A stretch of 64,000 nucleotides of DNA from Stegostoma tigrinum (lineage: Eukaryota), in contig NC_081362.1 in NCBI RefSeq assembly GCF_030684315.1, positions 96,641,187 through 96,705,186 of the forward strand. Direction: 5' to 3'. Below, piece after piece: positions 54,930-64,000 of this stretch. The notes under the pieces were generated by a model. It had not been told where the DNA came from. It did not search any database and worked only from the letters and a program-made list of their open reading frames with translations. Each line of letters begins with the position of its first letter. The first letter of the stretch is position 1. The position numbers were made by a program, and so were the translations under genes.

Positions 54930-55080
54930 CGTTGAGTGGAGTCCTTTACTGATAAACACAGCTTTTGTTTATGAAGGAAGACTGTGAGCAGGACAATGCA
55001 GATCAAGACAGTGAAGCTCAGAATGGTGCCAATGATTAAACTGGGATCTGAAATCCAGGGAACGCCATGGGAAGATTTTT
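54930..55080 (-). CDS. Stalk/transmembrane exon
   Basis: Acceptor tattttacag|AA, donor CAACG|GTAAAT, phase 1 to 2. Encodes EKSSHGVPWISDPS-LIIGTILSFTVLICIVLLTVFL-HKQKLCLSVKDSTQR: a 22-aa uncharged helix followed by basic stop-transfer residues, in frame with V3. Confidence 0.88.
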
Positions 55081-55619
55081 CTGTAAAATATCAGAATGTT
55101 ACACACTCATTTGCTTCAGTCACTAATGATAACATTAATTTTGAGACCCTGAGGGTCATAAATCCCCTCCTCACTCCCCAAAGCCTATTGACTGTTCAGA
55201 AGGTACAAGTCAGGAGTGGGATGGAATATTCCCCACTTGCCTGGTTAGTGCTGCTCCAGCAACACTCTAGAAGATTGATACAATCCAGGAAAATGTAGCG
55301 CAGGTGATTGGCACCGTGGCCACAAGCATCCAATCACTCCACCACTGACACTCTACTTTGTATTAACTACAAGATACGCTGCTGAAATTCAGCAAAGTTC
55401 CTCAGATAGCACCTCACAAACCCTCATTCTCCTCCATTCTGAAGGACAAGTGCTGCAGCTACAAGGGACCCCACTGGCTACAACCTCCCCTCCACGCCTC
55501 TCCCCATCCTGCCTTAGGAATACCTGGCCTCGATGACCGTTCTGCCCTTCCACTAATGTAGCACAGCAGCTGTGTGCTCCCTTCCCTGTTCACACCAGCG
55601 TTCCCTCCCATTGCCTTAC

Positions 55620-55967
55620 CAGTTACATTGAGCTGGCTCCCTGCTCCATCGATGTAGCTCCACACACTGCAGCGGAACACAGCACTATCATTGAGAGTCA
55701 CATTCACAAGGCGCAGAATGTAACTGTTCCTGCTGGCATTCCTGGAAACATGAACACGATCATGGAAACCCTGGGCCTTGGTGAAGGTGCCATTCACAAA
55801 CTGGCTTATCACCCACTCCCTGTTGCTGCCAGGTCGCTGGTAATGCCAGTGAACATCAGTGTCATTCACACTGGCATTGTACATGTCACACTGGAACTCG
55901 ACAGTTTCACCCTCTGGTACCTTGCTGGCCACTGGATACTGAATGAGGACTGGATCAGCCAATGGAT
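55620..55967 (-). CDS. Ig V-set (joined VJ) domain exon V3, membrane-proximal
   Basis: Acceptor aatgaacag|AT, donor ACTG|GTAAG, 348 nt, phase 1/1, open. Encodes PLADPVLIQYPVASKVPEGETVEFQCDMYNASVNDTDVHWHYQRPG...DSAVFRCSVWSYIDGAGSQLNVT. Confidence 0.92.
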
Positions 55968-57497
55968 CTGTTCATTTCAAAGAGGAAAAATAGGTTAACT
56001 TGAATTGTAACATTTTATAAAATCTCCTTCAGGTTAGCTGATGATTTGTAGAAGATCATATGAAGCTTCCTGTGTGGTTATTAATGTTTGTGATTTGAGA
56101 GGAAATGATTTGAACAATATCCATCAGCTGAATGCTTTCCAATTTGATGCTTTGATTCATTCTGAGCAGGATCCTGTAACAGAATAAACTATCGAGAAGG
56201 TAATTTCACAATGTTCACAACTGAGTAATTGGAAGAGATTGAGCAGCCATCTGAAAAGTTTCATTCTCATCGAAAACCAGAAGGAAAAGGTTGAAAGTTT
56301 CAAACAGCTTTTGATGCCCCTGACTACGCCCTCTCTGATTCACTTTTGCTACATCTTATTCTGTATTCTCACAAGTGCAAGGCTGTGGGGAGAAAGCAGG
56401 ATACTGGCAGTTGGGAATGATGACCATGTGAAGAGTCAGTGCAGACAAGATGGGTTGAACTGCCTCCTTCTACACGTGCCTGGATGGGCACAGCTCCAAC
56501 AGCATTCAAAAAGTACCACGTCATCCAGGACTAAGCATCCCCCTTGGCTGCTACCACACCTAACGCATTCAACATTCAAAACCGAAGCACAATGTGTACC
56601 ATCGACAAGATGCCCTTCAGTAACTCATCAAGGCTCCTCCAAAAGTACCTTCTGAACACACAGACTCTCGTCTCTGAAAGGACAAAGAGAGGAAAGACAT
56701 GCGACACCACCTCCTTCAGGTTCCACTACAAGGCACTCACCGTCTGAACATGGAAAAATATCATCATCGTTCCTTCAGCATTACTGGATCAAATGTCCCA
56801 ACCCCAAGAGGACCATAACTGCTCATGAAGGCACACACCATCACCTTCTCAAAACATAGAAACAGGAGCAGGCCATGCAGCCTGCATCATCATTCAATAT
56901 ATTTATTGAATCCCTGAACTAGAAACAGGTCATTCAGCCCAACACATCTATGCTGGTTCTCTGAAGAACATTCCACCAAGGCTTATACTACCCTCTCCCT
57001 GCAATTCCCATGGTTAATCCACCAAGTCTACACATCCATGGAAACTATATACAATTTAGCATGGCCAATCCAACTTGCATGCTCATCTTTGGAGTGTGGA
57101 AGGAAATCCATGCAGATACAAGGAGAATGTGCAAACTCCACACAGACAGTCACCCAAGGATGGATTTGAACCCAGGTCTCTGGTACGAGGAGGTAGCCAT
57201 TCTAAACATTGAGTCACAGTGCCACTGACCATCCAACTCTGTCCCCAGTCCCCCATGTCTCACCAAACCCTTTCACCCCTTTTCACCCTCAGAACTAAAT
57301 CTAACTCTTTCTTGAAAACATATAATGTTTTAGCATCATCTGATTCTTGTGGCACAGCATTCCACAGACTCCCCACTCTCTGGGTGAACACATTTCTTTG
57401 CAAGGGCCATTTGAGATGAACAACAATTGCGGGCCCGGCCAGGGGTTGCCACGTCCCAAGAGTGAGTAGAACCACACCAGATAGAGACTGGAGAATG

Positions 57498-57604
57498 TTA
57501 AATACAACACTGAGAACAAAAGAGATGGAGAAGTAAAAAGACTGAGAGAAGAGAAAAAAATTGAGATTGAGGAACTATCCAAGAGGAGAAACCATTTATT
57601 CTAC
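57498..57604 (-). CDS. Candidate alternative terminal exon with a hydrophobic, GPI-signal-like tail
   Basis: Strong acceptor ctcttgttttacttacag|GT after a 151-nt intron from the V2 donor. In frame it gives GRINGFSSWIVPQSQFFSLLSVFLLLHLFCSQCCI*. Confidence 0.45.
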
Positions 57605-57755
57605 CTGTAAGTAAAACAAGAGAAGGAAACTGTTTTATGTTTACATCGAGCTCTCTGCTTTCTCTCTACCAGAGAAATTTAACACATTTTCCTGTCCAAC
57701 AAATCCATGTGGAAGCGGTTGTTTTGTCAGATTATTAAAGATAAACATGTCTTAC

Positions 57756-58097
57756 CCATTACAGTCAGTTGGGTTCCATTCCCACTGATATCTCCCCACA
57801 CTTTACAGTAATAGACCCCACTGTCAATGGGCAGCACGTTTCTGATGGTCAGAATGAAGCTGTTATTGTTGGAGACTCTGGAAGACTGGAATCGCTCCAT
57901 GAATTGTGGACTCCGTGTGATGTTCCTCACGTCATGTGTTAAAATCCACTCCGTGCTTTTCCTTGGTTGGTCCCGGTGCCAGTGAACATCAGTATGTGTC
58001 ACTGCGGCGTTCCTCATGGTACACTGTAACCGGGCAGTGTGACCCTCGGTGACACGTTCCAGGCTTGGTGACTGGAGAAGGACTGGGGCATTTACAC
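57756..58097 (-). CDS. Ig V-set (joined VJ) domain exon V2
   Basis: Acceptor ctttctcttaaag|GT, donor ATGG|GTAAG, 342 nt, phase 1/1, open. Encodes VNAPVLLQSPSLERVTEGHTARLQCTMRNAAVTHTDVHWHRDQP...DSGVYYCKVWGDISGNGTQLTVM. Confidence 0.93.
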
Positions 58098-59789
58098 CTT
58101 TAAGAGAAAGATGTTGAATGAATCAATTCTGAGGAAGGTGACTGGGCCTGAAACATTAACTCTAATTTCTCTCCACAGATACTGCCAGATCTGCTGAGTT
58201 TTTCCAGCAATTTCTGTTTTTGTTTCTGATACCCAGCATCCGCAGTCCTTTTGGACTTGATGAATAAATTTACACCAGTTTCTCAATCCCATTCTCCTGT
58301 GTTTTGCCTGAAATCCTTACCCATCGAGCTCAACCATCACTTTCAAATACACTCACTAAATTGGACTCCGCAGGTTTCTGCAGCAACGTCTTCCACAGAT
58401 TCACCTCCCTGAAACTGATCAAATTCCTCCTCATCTCAGTTCCAAATGGTCATGCCTTCACTCCAAGGCTGTGCCCACAGGTCCTAGTCTCCTATTAGTG
58501 GAAACATCCTCTCCATGACCACTCAATCAAGGCCACTCAGTACTCGGTCCGTTTCAATCAGATTCCCCGTCATCCTTCTAAACTCCATCAAGTACAGAGC
58601 CAGAGGCATCAATCACTCCTCATGTGACAGCCCTTCATCTCCGGGATCCTTAATATTAACCTACTTTGAAACCCCAACCCCCACCACAACACCAGCACGT
58701 CCAGCCTTTGAGTCAATTTGTAGAAATAAAGGGCTGGACAATCAGTGAAAAAATAGTTTTAGTCAATTCAGAACATGTGAGGTTCTGAGAATTCAGTCTC
58801 AAAAGGAAAGCCATTTCCTTCAGCTTCAAATCAAGCAGGTAAAGCAATGAAGATTTAGAGAGACTATCAAAAAGTCAATCACTGATGCTGCCAGATGGTC
58901 CTCTTTGATTTTCTGCAGGATTAATGGAGGGAAAATATTCATTGGAGATATTAACAGAGATTGAAAATGGGATTTCTGGCTGTGTTGCGACGACATAACA
59001 GTTTCACAGAGTTGGAGTCATCAAACAAGGAATCTCTGAAATATTGATTTGGATTGGAATGACTGTGGTCAGAAAAAATTTTCAAAAATGCAACAGAAAA
59101 GAATGAAGGTGCAGATAACATGTCTGGTATTTTCAGAAAATCTTTTTAAACAGAAATGCAATGAATGGATGCGGAATCGAGAGAGTTTTAACAAAAAGCC
59201 TCCTCAGAAATGGAATCAGATTCAATCCCTGAGTGTTATTGCTTGAAATATAAAGTGCTAATGAGGAAATAGAATCTGCCCGAAGTACCAGGCCATGAGG
59301 AATGGACAGTGGTCCATCGGTTGGTCACTCTGTCAGGCAATTAGAATGAAATTTTGCAAATTAGCTCATGAAATTCCAATGGCTCATTATTTGTGGATGA
59401 GGAATACACAGTCTAAATTTATTAAAACATTTTAATTGGTCAGCATTATAGCAAGATGTTAAATGTTTCCAGTCAAGTTGGTCCATGGCAGGATTTGGGG
59501 AATTCCCAACATCCAGTTAAAGCTTCTCCATTAATTCCGATCATAGCTTTTGAAGAGCCATTTCACACGATCTGAATAGATTGTGTCGGAGCCTGACCTA
59601 AAATCAAGAATGGTAACCAAAGGGTGTCCGCAGTGGCTCAAAAAGGCAGCTCAGCACCACCATCTCAAGGGTAGTTAAGGATGGGCAATAAATGCAAGCC
59701 CAGCCAGTGACACCTACAAACAGCTCTTCAATTCATTCATCGGGCAAGGGCTATTCGCTCGAAGTGATTGTCATGTAAACTCTACTTAC

Positions 59790-60134
59790 TGGTGATATTG
59801 AGCAGGCTTCCTCTCCCATAAATCCTTCCCCAGACTGAGCAATAATAGACCCCAGTGTCACTGGGCTGCACGTTTGTGATGGTCAGAATGAAGCTGTTAC
59901 TGGAGGGGTCTCTGGAAGGCTGGAATCGATCAGTGAATCCTGGGCTCCTTTGGATGTTGTTCTTCATTTCATGTGTTATAACGTGTTTCATGAAATGCCT
60001 TGGTTGCTCCCAATACCAATGAACATCGGTGTGTATCACTTTGGCATGTTGCATGGTGCACTGTAACCAGGCAGCGTGACCCTTGGTGACATGTTCCAGG
60101 CTCGGAGACTGGAGAAGGACTGGACCAGTGAAAC
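59790..60134 (-). CDS. Ig V-set (joined VJ) domain exon V1 of a multi-V-domain receptor gene
   Basis: Acceptor ttttgccataaag|GT, donor ACCA|GTAAGT, 345 nt, phase 1/1, open. Encodes FTGPVLLQSPSLEHVTKGHAAWLQCTMQHAKVIHTDVHWYWEQP...RFQPSRDPSSNSFILTITNVQPSDTGVYYCSVWGRIYGRGSLLNIT, with canonical Cys/Trp/DxGxYYC and a J-like YGxGS motif. Confidence 0.93.
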
Positions 60135-60404
60135 CTTTATGGCAAAAATAACAATTAGATTATTTCCACAAGAACAGATTCTCTGTGCTGCCTTATTGAA
60201 AGGGTCTGACAGGGTGGGAGGAGTTTTGAATTGAACAGAGAAAACAGGTTGCTGCACTAAACCATTGATCTGCACCTGTGACTGATTCAGATCAAACAAA
60301 ATCCATCAATGTAAAGATAAACATTTAGATAAACAATCTGTCAGATAATATTTCTCAATTTTCTTCAGAATTTCATCAAAATTTTGGACTTTCCAATATC
60401 TTCT

Positions 60405-61557
60405 GCAGCATGAGTAAGGCGAGGGCCCATGGTGTTCGAGGTGAGCTACTGGCTTGGATTGAGGATTGGCTGTCTGACAGGAGGCAGAGAGTTGGGATAA
60501 AAGGCTCTTTTTTGGAATGGCAACTGGTGACAAGTGGTGTCCTGCAGGGTTCAGTGTTGGGGCAGCAGCTGTTCACTTTATATATCAATGATCTGTATGA
60601 AGGGATTGCGGGCATTCTGGCGAAGTTTTCCAATGATATGAAGATAGGTGGACAGGCAGGTAGTGCTGAGGAGGTGGGGAAGCTGCAGAAAGATTTAGAC
60701 AGTTTAGGAGAGTCATCCAGGAAACAGCTGATGAAATTCAACGTGAGAAAATATGAGGTTTTGCACTTTCGGAAAAAAATACAGGCATGGACTATTTTCT
60801 AAACCGTGAGAAAATTTGTAAAGCAGAAGTACAAAGGGATCTGGGAGTGTTGGTCCAGGATTCTCTAAAAGTTAACTTACAGGTAGAGTCCGTGATTAAG
60901 AAAGAGAATGTAATGTTGTCGTTTATCTCAAGAGGGTTGGAATATAAAAGCAGTGATGTGCTTCTGAGACTTTATAAAGCTCTAGTTAGGCCCCATTTCA
61001 AATACTGTGTCCAATTTTGGGTCCCGCACCTCAGGAAGGACATACTGGCACTGGAGCGTGTCCAGCGGAGATTCACAAGGATGACCCCTGGAATGCCAGG
61101 TTTAATGTACGATGAGCGGCTGAGGATCCTGGGCTTCTATTCATTAGAGTTTAGAAGGTTGAGGGGAGATCTAATAGAAACGTACAAGATAATGCATGGC
61201 TTAGAAAGGGTGGACGCTGAGAAGTTGTTTCCGTAAGGCGGGGAGACTAGGACCCGTGGGCACAACCTCAGAATTAGAGGGGTTAAATTTAAAACGGAAA
61301 TGAGGAGACATTGCTTCAGCCAGAGAATGGTGGGCCTGTGGAATTCATTGCCACAGAGTGCAGTGGAGGTCGGGACGTTAAATGTCTTCAAGGCAGAGAT
61401 GGATAAATTCTTGATCTCACAACTAATCAAGGGCTATGGGGAGAGTGCGGGGAACTGGAGTTGAAATGCCCATCAGCCATGAATAAATGGCGGAGTGGAC
61501 TTGATGGGCCGAAGGGCCTTACTTCCACTATTATGTCTTATGTTCTTATGGTCTTAT
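60405..61557 (+). mobile_element. CR1-clade LINE fragment
   Basis: Frameshifted RT ORFs 60410-60802 and 60787-61236; (TCTTATG)-type tail. Confidence 0.9.
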
Positions 61558-64000
61558 AATCAAAACTCACAATCACTTCCATCTGGAAGGACAAGGGCAG
61601 TAGATACATGGGAACACACAACGGAGAAGATTCAAAACTGTGTGATGAAGCAACAGAATAACAAGTGTTAAATTTACAAATGCTACTGCAAAAGGCTGAC
61701 TTGCAGGTGAGGCTGAGACTGCGGAGATCGGTTTGTAGCAGATATGGAAGCATGTGTCAAAAACATTGTTGGCTAGTTCATGTGGTTAGGGTGTGGGGAC
61801 CAGTTGCATTAACCTCCCAGAGTAAGCCATAAGAAGACATCGCAGAATAGATTGAGAGAAGTTACTGGTAACTATTTGTGGTTTCAGAGAGGATCAAGTA
61901 AAGCATGCACAAGAAAACTGATTGAAAATGCTGTTGCAGAGATCACAACTTGCAATTTTCTAGCCTACTTATAAGAGGCAATAAAGACAGATATTTAAGA
62001 AGTCTGCGGACTTGTTCCTTATGTCTTTGGAACCCAACAACCACCTTCTGCAAATTCCCCTACAAGCCAGTCACTGTACGAACTTGGGAATACCTAACGA
62101 TTCATTCAGTGCCACTGAGTCAACTTCCTGGAATTCCCTCCCTGTGGGAGTTTTGGGTCAAACCGCAGCACATGATCTGCAGCAGATTAGGAAGAAAGCT
62201 CACTCACAGTCATCTCCACTATAATAATTATCATAAAACACTTCTGATAATGTGCCACAAATCCATCTTATTAAGTAGCTGAGAGTACTTGATCTGGGGA
62301 CTTGTATGGACAGAGGATTGGCTAATGAAAAGATGACAGACAGTTGGGATTAAGGTGGTACTTTCATGGTGGCAATTTTCAAATTAAACTGTTTATTGAG
62401 ATCCCCAACTTCCAAAAGGTCCTAAATTATCATCTGCCATTTAAAGGAACATCTGCCAGGACTTTGTCAATTGAAACAATAATGCTTTCCAAACAATATT
62501 TCTTTCTCTCAAACAGAAAACAATCCACTTTCACACTTGAAAGTGCCCTAATGATTTCAATGTTTATTTTGTTTGCTCATAAAATCTGTCCAAATGCAGA
62601 CAAATTCCCACTTGCACTCCAACAACTGTTCCTGTCAGATTCATATTTTAAAATTACATCACAACTTCAGAAATATTGACTTGTAAATCTTTGAGTCCCA
62701 TCAGAGACAGAGGCCAAAACTGACATGCCATGAATTCAGAATCCAATTTCCAAACTCAATGATATTAAAATCATACAGAAACTACATACTCACATCACAG
62801 TCTTTGGACTCAAATGGGGGGAGTCCATGGGTAATCAAACCTCAATGAACTGCAAGCCATTCTATAAGTGTAACTGAATGAACAATGTGGCCAATTTGTA
62901 TCTCTTCTGGCTTCCGATCCAAAGTAAAGAAAAAAAAATTGGTAGTTTGTTTGATGACCTCAAAAATAATTTATTATCAGTAAGACAGGTTATTGAAAAG
63001 GTGGAAAATGTGATCAGGAACTACATTTCTGTTTGGGTTAAACCATATCCATGAATCTCAAACACGTTCATTCACAGACAAGGTGCTATAGCTCTGCAGT
63101 AAGAGTTTGTGCTGTTTGTTAAAGGCCTGAAAGAAAGACCATCCCAGTGGGACAAGGAAATCACACCAGAAGGCAGAATGTGCTGACCTCTCAGAGTTCC
63201 TTCAATTTCTTGTCAATGAGGCTGATTCCTGAAAGTTATACAGTGGTGTGAGATCTTCTGACCATCATTCAGATTCTGATGGGAAATAATTTGAAATCCT
63301 GATCTTGGAAACTTTATCTTTACAAATTCTTCATGAAGAGATCTGACCAACCTTTCCCACGTATTTTACTGACTGAGATGGAGAACTTGTGCAGCTGGTC
63401 CTGATTGAAGTTTCCTTCCTTTGTTATCAGAAGGGAACATTTTTCACTGCTTTTGGTCAGCTGGACAATTCTGCTTCAGCTGCTGTGAACGCACACAGCA
63501 ACTTGGGCCGGGAAACTGTTGCCGGGCCGCATTCAAAATCAGTCAGTCCAGCAACTTAGCGATAAAACCCAGTTCTTACCTTGTGTTAACATCCTTCATC
63601 GAGTGAAAATGAATTTGAATTTTGTAAAACACAGTATATTTTGTTCTTTCAGATGCAAGTGATCGTGGGGTAAACCGTTTTCAACCAAGAAATGTCTAAA
63701 CAGTTCAATGAACCAGGTTCTCATTGTCTGCACATTTTTGTGTTGCCCTAATATGGGAATCAATTCATTTTTTTTTCGTTTTGCTACAGACTTCACAGGG
63801 TTATTCTCATGTTTTCTTATAAATTCGCTGTTTTTGTTTTCAGCTGAAGATCCTGCTCCCGGCTCTGCCTGCTCCTGCACATCCGTCAGAATTGCGCTTC
63901 GAAATGAAATTGTCTCCACTGCTCTTATTTCTCCATCCAGTCTGATTGTCCACACATTTCTCTGCATTACATCTGATCTGCTGTTGGGTGCCCACTCCTA

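Noticed and set aside
55620-60134. Rearranging Ig/TCR V gene segments or a conventional germline-joined light-chain gene
   Set aside because: No heptamer/nonamer RSS after the V cores, no individual leader exons seen, J-like strand already fused, no C exon, and the exons are phase-compatible with a TM/ITIM tail.
62204-62234. Candidate leader exon for the intact gene (MIIIIVEMTV, phase 1)
   Set aside because: Short, with an acidic residue in the core; a poor signal peptide. The true leader may lie outside the window.
63579-63620. Strong donor CAAG|GTAAG on the minus strand
   Set aside because: The upstream phase-1 frame gives only MLTQ; possibly a 5' UTR exon, but unsupported.

Overview
Repeat-rich vertebrate genomic DNA, most likely from a cartilaginous fish (shark): CR1/HER1-type LINEs with (GTTCTAT)n tails, HE1-like tRNA SINEs, and Penelope-like GIY-YIG elements. 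Hidden among the repeats is an immunoglobulin-superfamily receptor locus. On the minus strand an apparently intact spliced gene has three germline-joined VJ-type V-domain exons (60134-59790, 58097-57756, 55967-55620), a neutral transmembrane exon (55080-54930), a probable first cytoplasmic exon (50696-50579) and a terminal exon with two ITIM-like motifs (47624-47502). All junctions are GT-AG and phase-compatible; no convincing leader exon for this gene was found in the window. The V domains resemble antigen-receptor (light-chain/TCR-like) V regions but have no RSS and no C domain. A possible alternative terminal exon after V2 encodes a GPI-signal-like tail. The left half holds four decayed V exons on the plus strand, an orphan signal-peptide exon with a PU.1-type site, possible decayed TM/cytoplasmic exons of a paralogue, and direct and inverted segmental duplications, which together suggest a birth-and-death receptor cluster. 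All exon calls were read by eye; repeat boundaries are approximate.
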